DNA of 64,000 bases from an uncultured Bacillales bacterium (GTDB taxonomy: Bacteria > Bacillota_I > Bacilli_A > RF39 > UBA660): positions 15,919 through 79,918 of the forward strand of contig CAOJRT010000001.1 in assembly GCA_948442255.1 (NCBI GenBank), written 5' to 3'. Below the pieces are notes generated by a model. The model did not search any database, was not told the origin of the DNA, and was given only the letters and a program-made list of their open reading frames with translations. Below, one piece after another: positions 1 through 8,789 of this stretch. How positions within the stretch are numbered: the first letter of the stretch is position 1; every line of letters starts with the position of its first letter. The translations under genes were made by a program, and so were the position numbers.

Positions 1-347
1 TATTCTTCTTTAGATATTTCGGTAGTTTTAGACAATAAATTTTTATTTAAAGAATTCAAATTAAATTCGGTAGCACCAAAAGTTTCTGTTTTATAATACT
101 TTACAACTTGTGATACTATTTCTCCTTTTAAATCCTTGTTACTTTCAAATTCATCTTCTTGCATTGTTTTTATTTGTTCTTCCGTAAATCCAAGTCCAAA
201 AAGATTATTTATATTATCCTTTGTCATTTCTATGTTAAAATGGTTAATATAATAGCCTTTTTCATTAAATTCTAGTGCTTTAACATGTCCAATTGTTAAT
301 AGCATTATTATAAATATTATAAAAAAATAAAATTTTTTGTTTTTCAT
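1..347 (-). CDS. secreted protein, N-terminal part only (gene continues beyond window start)
   Basis: ATG at 345-347 on minus strand preceded by AAGGAGA; N-terminus MKNKKFYFFIIFIIMLLTIGHVKA is signal-peptide-like; frame open to position 1. Confidence 0.5.
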   Translation of the reverse strand, partial: MKNKKFYFFIIFIIMLLTIGHVKALEFNEKGYYINHFNIEMTKDNINNLFGLGFTEEQIKTMQEDEFESNKDLKGEIVSQVVKYYKTETFGATEFNLNSLNKNLLSKTTEISKEE

Positions 348-446
348 TAAAAATTCTCCTTTAAATACAATAATTAGATTTAGTTTTATGTACTTTTTTT
401 ATTCTTGAATATTTTTTTAATTATTAAAAAATTATGATAGTATTCA

Positions 447-650
447 TTATTCTTTTTGAAAAATAAGAGAAATTGTTTCCATGCCTCCAATAGACCTAAT
501 TATGTTTGGAACATATCCACTAAATGTCCATCCTTCTTCTAACATTTCTGCTATAATATTATCTACACAAGAAAAGTCATACTTAATTCCTCTAAATAAT
601 GCCCATCCTTCTGCGTGGGCTTTTACCTTAATTATTTTTATTTTTTTCAA
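447..650 (-). CDS. small hypothetical protein (67 aa)
   Basis: ORF from six-frame track; no recognisable motif; lies about 200 bp downstream (minus sense) of repeat copy A. Confidence 0.4.
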   Translation of the reverse strand: MKKIKIIKVKAHAEGWALFRGIKYDFSCVDNIIAEMLEEGWTFSGYVPNIIRSIGGMETISLIFQKE

Positions 651-855
651 AATGAACCTCCTATTATTTTAAAATGTTTTTTTGAACTTTTTAAGTTTTA
701 TTAGCTTATAATTAAGATTAGTTAACAGGAGTTTTTATTAAGTTCTTCTATTTTTTTGATATTAACACCCCAATTCTATTTCAATATCATTTTTGACTAG
801 AGCTGTTAAGATTTAAAAGCTCTAAGTCAATAGTAAATCCACATTATCAAAAAGT

Positions 856-926
856 CACTCTACTTTTAGTAGAATTTAAAAAAAGAAATATGAAAAAGGA
901 GAAAAATAGTAGAATTTTATTATACT
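856..926. promoter_or_regulatory. shared palindromic promoter/operator motif, copy A (CACTCTACTTTTAGTAGAATT ... AAATAGTAGAATTTT)
   Basis: perfect inverted repeat TCTACT-TTT-AGTAGA plus second TAGTAGAATTT half; near-identical to copy C at 6705-6772, core shared with copy B at 2994-3022; all upstream of minus-strand genes. Confidence 0.5.
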
Positions 927-936
927 TGCAAAATAA

Positions 937-2034
937 TTACTGCTGTCTTATTTCAAAGTTTTGTTTTAGGTAATTTAAGTATTTTATATAGTATGATTTG
1001 AAGTTTTCTTTATTCTCCATTGGATTATAATCTCCTTCTAAAGGAATCTTTTCTGTTATCTTTTGTTCCTTTGCAGTTAAAAAATAGAGAGCCTGATTAA
1101 ACTTTAAAGAACATGATAGTACTTCTATTTTGTTATTTGTTGCTTTCTTTATAATAAAACTATCTAGTTCATTATATACGATTATGACATCTCCTTCTTG
1201 TTTTGCAAAGCCATTTTCATTGTAAGAAAAACCTTCTTTTATTAAAAATTCGATAAATTCCTTATTTTCTGTAACATCTGTTTCTATTGTTGCGGGTTCC
1301 TGTTTAGGAATAAATAAATCCTCATTTTTGTATTCCTCTTCTATTTGTAGCTCGATTCTTTCTCTTTTTGTACCTTTATACCATATTTCGATGTAGATTT
1401 TGGAAGTAACTACTTTTTCTAGATCAATTTCCTTATACCCTTTAGGAATAGCAAAATAATAGCTTTCATTAGCACCACTGAGTATTAAGTTTTCTTTTTC
1501 TGTTTCGGTATCATAATAAAACAATTTAATATGGTCAATAGGAATTCCTTCTTTGGCTTCCACACCTGAAAAATGAAAAATGTTTTTATCATTTGTTAAG
1601 AGAATTGAACTCGTTTTTACGGCAAAGGTTTCATTTTCTCCGTGTAAGATATAGCTTCTTATTTTTCCTTTTATAAAATAAGTATAAAAAGAAAAGCAAC
1701 TTAGAAAAATTACTAAAGAAGTCAATAAAATAGTTATGATAATAGCTAAAGTTAATTTTTTATAATTTTTCTTATAAATCGTTGTCATATTATTATTTAT
1801 TTTATTTGCATTTTGTTCTGTTTTTCTTTCTCCATATAAAAGCTCTAATTCGGAAACATCAAAAAGTTCAGATAACTTTTCTAATGTGCTGGGATTATGG
1901 GGAAAAGCAATTCCTCTTTCCCATTTTGAAATCGCCTTACTACTATAATGCAATATTTCTCCTAGTTCATGCTGTGTCATCTTTTTAGACAATCTTAGTT
2001 CTCTTAAAAATTTTCCTCTTTTCTCTTCCTCCAT
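937..2034 (-). CDS. membrane-anchored XRE-family HTH transcriptional regulator with extracytoplasmic C-terminal domain
   Basis: N-terminal HTH_3-like segment (LRELRLSKKMTQHELGEILHYSSKAISKWERG), one hydrophobic TM segment (LTLAIIITILLTSLVIFLSCF), then about 230 aa non-cytoplasmic domain. Confidence 0.75.
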   Translation of the reverse strand: MEEEKRGKFLRELRLSKKMTQHELGEILHYSSKAISKWERGIAFPHNPSTLEKLSELFDVSELELLYGERKTEQNANKINNNMTTIYKKNYKKLTLAIIITILLTSLVIFLSCFSFYTYFIKGKIRSYILHGENETFAVKTSSILLTNDKNIFHFSGVEAKEGIPIDHIKLFYYDTETEKENLILSGANESYYFAIPKGYKEIDLEKVVTSKIYIEIWYKGTKRERIELQIEEEYKNEDLFIPKQEPATIETDVTENKEFIEFLIKEGFSYNENGFAKQEGDVIIVYNELDSFIIKKATNNKIEVLSCSLKFNQALYFLTAKEQKITEKIPLEGDYNPMENKENFKSYYIKYLNYLKQNFEIRQQ

Positions 2035-2161
2035 AAAAACTCACCTTTTCTTATTTTAACACACAAACTTCTAATTGTAATTCTTGTTCTTCCCTTTTTA
2101 ATTTGTTTTCTTATTAAGAAAAAGCGATAGAAGTTGGTATCTATCGCCTATTTATATAAGT

Positions 2162-2890
2162 TTATTCTTTTACTGTAGTTTTAAATTGTTTTACAATTCT
2201 TTCACTTACTGCTTTTTCTAGATTTTCATATTTTCCTGTTTTATTATTTTTGATTGTTATACTGAGCGAATCTATACTAAAAGTATTATAATCAAGATTT
2301 ACTTCTCTTAAGCCGTATTCATAAGCTTCGATAGTATATTCATTTTTATTATGAAAATCATCACTTCTATTCATGTAAACTAAATAGTTTTTTCCTCTTT
2401 CAATATCAATGTCTCCTTTGGACATATTTTTTATATAAGTAGTAAATTTTTTTTCATCAGTAAAGGATTGAGCAAATTTTTCTCTAGCTGAAGGAGGAAG
2501 CGATTTTTCGTATTCAGCATAAGAAACCGTTCCTCCTAAACGTAAGAAAGAAATATGTTCACTTGCAAAATTTCCTTTTAATACTTTTAGTATGGTCGCC
2601 TCGCCAGGAGTATATGGCATTATATATTCGTCTATATTTTCTTTATAGGTAGTTGCTGGGTATAGTTTATCTACATGAATAAGTGCAATAAATTCATGCC
2701 CGTTATACATTTCTTCTAAATCATTTAAATCTATTGCGTAACTGGCGCTATATTCTAAAGAATAAATGTTATTTTCATATTGCTTTTCTTCCTTTTTAAC
2801 ATTCTCTTCTCTATGAAATTGTTTTTTCGTTAATAGGATTCCTCCTGTAATAGTAACTATAAATAAAATAATTATTACAGCTTTTTTCAT
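2162..2890 (-). CDS. secreted or membrane-anchored hypothetical protein
   Basis: start moved to ATG 2888-2890 (MKKAVIIILFIVTITGGILL) with AGAGGTG RBS; the upstream ATG of the track ORF has no RBS. Confidence 0.6.
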   Translation of the reverse strand: MKKAVIIILFIVTITGGILLTKKQFHREENVKKEEKQYENNIYSLEYSASYAIDLNDLEEMYNGHEFIALIHVDKLYPATTYKENIDEYIMPYTPGEATILKVLKGNFASEHISFLRLGGTVSYAEYEKSLPPSAREKFAQSFTDEKKFTTYIKNMSKGDIDIERGKNYLVYMNRSDDFHNKNEYTIEAYEYGLREVNLDYNTFSIDSLSITIKNNKTGKYENLEKAVSERIVKQFKTTVKE

Positions 2891-2993
2891 TAATACACCT
2901 CTTTTTGCATTTCTCTTCTTTGTTTTATACATTTTTTATTTAATCTTTTTCAATTTAAATATCTATAATCATTTTAGTATAAATTTTAAAAAA

Positions 2994-3022
2994 TTGCACT
3001 CTACTTTTAGTAGAATTCAAAA
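2994..3022. promoter_or_regulatory. shared palindromic promoter/operator motif, copy B
   Basis: GCACTCTACTTTTAGTAGAATTC, about 100 bp upstream (minus sense) of the 2162-2890 gene start. Confidence 0.5.
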
Positions 3023-3025
3023 ATT

Positions 3026-4153
3026 TTAACATTCTATGCTTTTATTACAAGAGTTTTCTCGTGTGCATATCATAGTGAAAACAACTTCTACAAAAAAAAC
3101 AAAAATACTTATTTGCATAAAACTTTTTATAGTCATCCATTCTATATTTATATAAAAAATAGAATTTATAATAAAGGTTAATAAATCACAAATTACAAAA
3201 GAAATAAGAAATGCTATTCCATCTAAAACGAATAAATTTCTTAAGCTATTTATTCTACTTTGTCGTTTATTAAATCCTATTTCTTTTAATAATAAAATAT
3301 CTTTTTCTTCATCCGTAACTAAATCTTTTATAACAAATATTACTAAAACAAAAAAAATGATTAATGAGATAATATCTACTATATTAAACATAGATACCAT
3401 ATTATTAAGATAGATTTCTTTATTAGATTCATCTACTTCTTTATATTTTTCTGGGTGTTCTAGGCTATAGAAATCATTTTTTAATTCTGTCCAATTATTT
3501 TGTATTTCTGTTAAATCTTTATAGCTCATAGTATTTATCTCATATATATAATTTTCGTTATTAGGTAATAACTCGTTATATATATTATCTGATATACAAA
3601 TATAATTAAAAGTTTTTGCATCTAAGAAGTCATTTACAATTAATTTAAGTTCTTCGTTATTAAATTTAAAAATTATTTCTTTATTTATAAAGTTATCTTT
3701 ATAATTTGCTTCATAATCTTTTTCATCTAATGCAAGAATTACTTGGTTATTACTTAAATTTTTATTACAAGACGAGGCAGTAAAAGCTAAAATGGTGTCA
3801 TTGTAAGTCAGTCTATTCCATACTATTTTTGTTGTGTCAATTGGTTCCGCATATTCGACAGCAGTCCCATTTATTTTAAGAGGTGGGCTATAAATAATAT
3901 CATTATCAAGCCCTATATCAAAAGTTAATGCTCTCCGATAAGAAGTTATTCCTTTTTCTTTTTTTATTCGATTTTCTTGATCTGTCCTAGCAAAAGCAAG
4001 AAATGAAGTATGTTTATATTTAAACTCATCAAATAGTTCTTTAGTATACAAACTAAAACCCTTTAGTAAAAAAAGAACAACAAATAATAGACTCAGTATA
4101 CGTATATATAATTTTGTTTTCTTTTTTCGGAGAAAACCTTTTAATAAAATCAT
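3026..4153 (-). CDS. ABC transporter permease, FtsX/MacB-like
   Basis: N-terminal TM, large extracytoplasmic domain, C-terminal 3-TM FtsX module (LKEIGFNKRQSRINSLRNLFVLDGIAFLISFVI). Confidence 0.7.
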   Translation of the reverse strand: MILLKGFLRKKKTKLYIRILSLLFVVLFLLKGFSLYTKELFDEFKYKHTSFLAFARTDQENRIKKEKGITSYRRALTFDIGLDNDIIYSPPLKINGTAVEYAEPIDTTKIVWNRLTYNDTILAFTASSCNKNLSNNQVILALDEKDYEANYKDNFINKEIIFKFNNEELKLIVNDFLDAKTFNYICISDNIYNELLPNNENYIYEINTMSYKDLTEIQNNWTELKNDFYSLEHPEKYKEVDESNKEIYLNNMVSMFNIVDIISLIIFFVLVIFVIKDLVTDEEKDILLLKEIGFNKRQSRINSLRNLFVLDGIAFLISFVICDLLTFIINSIFYINIEWMTIKSFMQISIFVFFVEVVFTMICTRENSCNKSIEC

Positions 4154-4155
4154 AA

Positions 4156-5394
4156 CTACTCCTCCTTTAATATATTGGAAATAGTTTTTTCTAAACTCTT
4201 CCTTATTATAAAAATTTGCATAATTATAGAAATTAAAATGACTATAAGAGCCAAAATGAATAAAAGGCCTTTATGATTTGTCACTTTAAATCCTATATAC
4301 GTTAGAAATATTAACAAACTTTTTTCTAATATTAAAAATATTATAGAAACAAAAAATAAACTGATAATAATACTAATTAATAAAAGTGTAAGATTTCCCA
4401 TTAACTCTCTTAATATTACTTGTTTCTTATTGTATCCGCAAGCTCTTAAAATGCCCATGTATTTTGCTTCACTTTTTATTTTCTTATTTAAATAATTTCT
4501 TAATATTAAAAGAATGGCACCAATAATGAGTACGAAAAAAGTATTTGATAAAATTGTTAAAGTTGTTACTACTTCTTTATCAATTGTGGCATTTGTTTCT
4601 GTGTCGACCATATATCCTAACTCTTGTAATATACGCATAGTTTTTTCAACATTTTCTTCTTTATCAACCACAACATGTAAAAAAGAAAAAGGATGCGTAT
4701 CATCCATCGGTGGATTTAAGCTATCTTGTAATTCTATCATATCATTTGGAGTAATATAACACTGATTATTAAAGTTCATTACGAGAGTACTGTCATATAA
4801 CCCAACTATTTTGAATTTTTTAATTAATTCTTTTTCTTCTTCTACTACTTTATTATCTACTATCTTTCTGATAGACTGAAGATAAAAAACTTTGAATTCC
4901 TGGTTTAAAGATTGTTCTGGTTTTACTATTCTATTTTCATCAATTTTAAGAGAACCAATACTAGAGTCAGGATAAAAATCTATAGGGCAGATCATTTCTC
5001 CTGATTTCACTTCTTCTATTGATTTACCAACAAGGGATTTTGGAGTTATATTTTGTGTGCCATATAACAAGTCTATACTTCCATCTAAGTTGTTGATATT
5101 TAAATCCGTTTTTGCAGAAAAACTTTTATAATTTGCGCCATATACTTCTGTAACGTTTTTTATTTCTTTTATTTCATTTATACTTTCTATAGGAGTTTTT
5201 TCGATGTAAACTGTAAATGTTCTAAAACCAATATTTTTATTGATTGCATAGTCAAAATAACCGTGAAAATTTTTAATGAAAATTATATCTAAAAATAATA
5301 AAAGAAAAAGAAAAGAAAATATTAAAATTAAAAGAAAACTTTTTTTATTTCTTTTTATATATTTTAAAGAATCATCTACATACTCCTTTATCAT
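4156..5394 (-). CDS. ABC transporter permease, FtsX/MacB-like
   Basis: same architecture; FtsX motif ILRACGYNKKQVILRELMGNLTLLLISIIISLFF; start overlaps the stop of the ATPase gene by 4 bp. Confidence 0.75.
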   Translation of the reverse strand: MIKEYVDDSLKYIKRNKKSFLLILIFSFLFLLLFLDIIFIKNFHGYFDYAINKNIGFRTFTVYIEKTPIESINEIKEIKNVTEVYGANYKSFSAKTDLNINNLDGSIDLLYGTQNITPKSLVGKSIEEVKSGEMICPIDFYPDSSIGSLKIDENRIVKPEQSLNQEFKVFYLQSIRKIVDNKVVEEEKELIKKFKIVGLYDSTLVMNFNNQCYITPNDMIELQDSLNPPMDDTHPFSFLHVVVDKEENVEKTMRILQELGYMVDTETNATIDKEVVTTLTILSNTFFVLIIGAILLILRNYLNKKIKSEAKYMGILRACGYNKKQVILRELMGNLTLLLISIIISLFFVSIIFLILEKSLLIFLTYIGFKVTNHKGLLFILALIVILISIIMQIFIIRKSLEKTISNILKEE

Positions 5395-6077
5395 CTTTGT
5401 CCCTCTGTTAATATCCCATTTTCTAAAATAAGGGAGATATCAGCATATTCTAGAATCTCTTCACTATGACTTACTACAATAACACATTTTCCTTTATAAG
5501 CAAGATTTTTTAAAAATTTGAAAATGATTTTTTCGTTTTCGGCATCTAAATTACCAGTTGGTTCATCAGCAATTATAATATCTGGATCATTTGCCAAAGC
5601 TCTTGCTATAGCAATACGTTGTTGCTCTCCTCCTGATAATTCTTTTGGAAAATGATTTGCTCTTTCTTCAAGACCGAATTCTTTTAATAACTTATTTGCT
5701 ATTTTATTTCTATCAGTCTTGTTTATCTCTTTATTTATTATCATTGGAACAATTATATTTTCTGATGCTTTTAAATAAGGATTTAAATTATAGTCTTGAA
5801 AAATAAAACCAATATGTTTCATTCGATAAAGGGATGCTTCTTTATCCTTTAAATTAGTTATACTTTTATCAAAGAGATAATATTCTCCTGAAGATGGATT
5901 ATCCATTAATCCAAGAATTTTTATCAAAGTTGTCTTACCACTACCACTATGTCCTTTAATTGCATATAATTTTCCTTTTTCAAAAACATAATTAATATTT
6001 TTTAGCACTTCTATTTTTTCATTTATAGTTTCATAGTTCTTTTTTAGATATTTTAATTCAATTAGCTTATTATTCAT
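5391..6077 (-). CDS. ABC transporter ATP-binding protein (MacB/LolD-type)
   Basis: Walker [10 protein letters not shown], signature [15 protein letters not shown], Walker [13 protein letters not shown]; start set at ATG 6075-6077 (MNNKLIEL) with AAGGAG RBS. Confidence 0.9.
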   Translation of the reverse strand: MNNKLIELKYLKKNYETINEKIEVLKNINYVFEKGKLYAIKGHSGSGKTTLIKILGLMDNPSSGEYYLFDKSITNLKDKEASLYRMKHIGFIFQDYNLNPYLKASENIIVPMIINKEINKTDRNKIANKLLKEFGLEERANHFPKELSGGEQQRIAIARALANDPDIIIADEPTGNLDAENEKIIFKFLKNLAYKGKCVIVVSHSEEILEYADISLILENGILTEGQR

Positions 6078-6151
6078 TTTTACAACTCCTTTATTTAGCA
6101 TTTTTAACATTATTATAGACACAAGTTTTATAAATTCTTGTGTCTATATTA

Positions 6152-6583
6152 TTAATTGGCATTAAATGTTGCATCAAAACTAGTATTTCCAGTCCAATTT
6201 TGCCATTGAACTTTAGTCTTATTTGAATCTGAATTAAATACAAATTTTGCTGTTGATGATGTTGTTGTGGTTGGATATACTGGTATTATCATTTCTTTTT
6301 CTGATGAAACAATTCCTAAAGTATATCTTTTAGCTGTGGTTTTAACTCTTATTCCACCTTCTGCATTAGTTCCACTAACATTTTTAACATTTGTCATATT
6401 TGCTAAAAATGTTGAATTTAATTTTGCTTCTCCTTCTATTGTATTTCTTTTTGTGTAAATATTAGAAATTACCTCGTTAGTTAAAGAACCTGTTTTTCTA
6501 ATAGTATTGTCTAAAGCACTAACAAATCCAACTGCTATAAATAATGTTAGAAATGCTACTAATATTTTTGATTTCTTTTTCAT
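6152..6583 (-). CDS. secreted hypothetical protein (143 aa), first gene of the ABC operon
   Basis: signal peptide MKKKSKILVAFLTLFIAVGFVSA; S/T/N-rich C-terminus; repeat copy C about 125 bp upstream. Confidence 0.6.
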   Translation of the reverse strand: MKKKSKILVAFLTLFIAVGFVSALDNTIRKTGSLTNEVISNIYTKRNTIEGEAKLNSTFLANMTNVKNVSGTNAEGGIRVKTTAKRYTLGIVSSEKEMIIPVYPTTTTSSTAKFVFNSDSNKTKVQWQNWTGNTSFDATFNAN

Positions 6584-6704
6584 TTTTTTCCTCCTTTCCT
6601 TTCATATTTTAAAAACTGCAATATGATTACTACAATTTTTAATAAATTATAGAAATTCAAATTACTTGAATTTCTAAGCACATATTAATACAAAAGTTTT
6701 CAAA

Positions 6705-6772
6705 TTACACTCTACTTTTGGTAGAATTTGGAAAAAAGAAGAAAAATAAAGGAGAAAAATAGTAGAATTTTG
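6705..6772. promoter_or_regulatory. shared palindromic promoter/operator motif, copy C
   Basis: CACTCTACTTTTGGTAGAATTTGG...AGGAGAAAAATAGTAGAATTTTG, extended match to copy A. Confidence 0.5.
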
Positions 6773-6805
6773 TTTTTTTCCCAAAAAAAAGACAATTTTG
6801 TTTGC

Positions 6806-8026
6806 TTAATTGTCTTTGTTTATTTTTATATTAATTTGGTAATTTGAATCAAAATCAATTTCTTCAACATTGATAAAGAAACCTTTATTTCCTAAATCTT
6901 TAATACAATTTCGGATGGAATTAATAGCTCCTTTTAATCCTTGTTCTTCCTCTTTATTTTTTGGTTCTTCAATCTCTTTTTCTAAGTTTGCAACAGCATC
7001 CATTGGGTCGATTGTTTTTTCTTGCTCTTTTGGAGAAAAAGTATCTACTGGTTCTGTAACTGGTGTAAAGAACTTATTTGTAGGGTTTCTATCAAAGTCT
7101 GTATTAAGTGGTGTATTTGTAAAAGTATTTTCTGTTGCTTTTGTTTCTTTTGCTTCTTCTGTCTCGCCTTTTTTCTCTGCTACTGGAGCATCAAATATTT
7201 CAAAAATAGCTTTTTCTTTATTGTCTTCCTCTTTTAGATAAGTTTCTTCTTTAGGTGATGATAAAGAATTAAAATCAAAGAATTTGTTTCCTGAAAACAA
7301 GTCTTTTGAAAGGAAATCATCCTCTACTCTTTTTTGTTCCTTATTACTTTGCTCACCTCTTAATGGTTCTAGTGTATCTAATGTTTCTGGTTCTGCTATG
7401 GCATTTTCAATCGTTTGATTTAATTCTTTTAATTTTTTTAATTCTATGTCTAACTCTCGTACTGTAAGTCTTTCGTTAATAATTCGATGTAACCATTCTT
7501 TTTGGGCATTTTTATCTTCTAAAGATAATAGCGTTCTAGCATGTCTTTCGGAGATTTTTTCATCTAATAATGCTTGTTGTACTTCTTCATCTAAATTTAA
7601 TAAACGTAATTTATTTGCTATCGCTGGTTGTGATAATCCCATTCTTTTTGCTAGTTGTTCTTGCGTTAAATAGCCTTTATCTAATAAGCTTTTATAAGAT
7701 CTTGCTTCTTCAATGGCTGTTAGGTCTCTTCTTTGGACATTTTCTACTAAAGCTACTTCAGCAGAACGATTATCATCTATATTAGCAATAACAGCTGGAA
7801 CCGTTGTTAATCCTGCCATAACAGCTGCTTTATATCTTCTTTCTCCTGCTATGATTTCATATTTATCTCCTAATTTTCTTAGGACAAGTGGCTGAATAAT
7901 ACCGTGTTCTTTAATAGAATCCGATAATTCTTTTAATCCTTGTTCATCAAAATTTAGCCTTGGTTGAAATCTATTTGGTATAATGTCTTCAATATGTACT
8001 TGAAGAACTCCTGATTCTAGATTCAT
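6806..8026 (-). CDS. ParB/Noc-family nucleoid protein with long acidic low-complexity C-terminal region
   Basis: ParB box IIAGERRYKAAVMAGLTTVPAVI and HTH in first 190 aa; position next to rsmG as for noc in Bacillus; about 200 aa E/K/T-rich linker before a short C-terminal domain. Confidence 0.8.
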   Translation of the reverse strand: MNLESGVLQVHIEDIIPNRFQPRLNFDEQGLKELSDSIKEHGIIQPLVLRKLGDKYEIIAGERRYKAAVMAGLTTVPAVIANIDDNRSAEVALVENVQRRDLTAIEEARSYKSLLDKGYLTQEQLAKRMGLSQPAIANKLRLLNLDEEVQQALLDEKISERHARTLLSLEDKNAQKEWLHRIINERLTVRELDIELKKLKELNQTIENAIAEPETLDTLEPLRGEQSNKEQKRVEDDFLSKDLFSGNKFFDFNSLSSPKEETYLKEEDNKEKAIFEIFDAPVAEKKGETEEAKETKATENTFTNTPLNTDFDRNPTNKFFTPVTEPVDTFSPKEQEKTIDPMDAVANLEKEIEEPKNKEEEQGLKGAINSIRNCIKDLGNKGFFINVEEIDFDSNYQINIKINKDN

Positions 8027-8081
8027 ATGATCAGCCCCTTTTTTATACTTACCTATTATTTATAATACCCTATTTCTCACT

Positions 8082-8789
8082 TTATTTCAATGGGCTTTTT
8101 CGTATTTTTTCGAATCTTCTTGGATAAATGTCTAGTGTTCTTTTTACTTTCTTTATCTTTATGATATTTCTTTCGCTCTCTTCGATAGGAAGTTTAAATT
8201 TTATTCTATTTTCTATTTCTCCGCCTAAAATTTGAATGGCTTTTTTGGCATCTTCTATTTCTTCCTCATTTGCTCCTTTAAGGGCGATGAAATATCCTTC
8301 TTTTTTAGTAAAAGGAAGACATAACTCAGAAAGAATAGACATATTACTTACTGCTCTTCCTGTTACTAAGTCAAAAGTTTCTCGGTGGTCTTTAACAAAA
8401 TCTTCAGCTCTTCCATGAACGAGATGAACTCCTTTGATTCCTAATTTTTTTATTAAATCCTTTAAGAAGTTAATTTTTTTGTTATTAGAATCTAAAAGTG
8501 TTACTTCTAAGTTGGGAAATACTATTTTTAAGACTAAACCTGGAAAACCTGCCCCTGAACCTATATCTATTACAGTATTTACATTTTTTAAATCAATCGC
8601 TTTTACTAGAGTCAGAGAATCATAGAAATGTTTTAAATAGACTTGCTCTTCTTCTTTTATAGCTGTTAAATTTGTATGCATATTTACTTCTAAAAGATAA
8701 TTACAGTATACCTCTAGGGCACTTAGTTGTTCTTCTTTTAATGTAATTCCTAACTTTTCTAACTCTTTACAAAATGTTTCTTTATTCAT
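8082..8789 (-). CDS. rsmG: 16S rRNA (guanine527-N7)-methyltransferase RsmG (GidB)
   Basis: SAM-binding motif VIDIGSGAGFPGLVLKI; conserved position after mnmG; start taken at second ATG (MNKETF) for better RBS spacing. Confidence 0.9.
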   Translation of the reverse strand: MNKETFCKELEKLGITLKEEQLSALEVYCNYLLEVNMHTNLTAIKEEEQVYLKHFYDSLTLVKAIDLKNVNTVIDIGSGAGFPGLVLKIVFPNLEVTLLDSNNKKINFLKDLIKKLGIKGVHLVHGRAEDFVKDHRETFDLVTGRAVSNMSILSELCLPFTKKEGYFIALKGANEEEIEDAKKAIQILGGEIENRIKFKLPIEESERNIIKIKKVKRTLDIYPRRFEKIRKSPLK

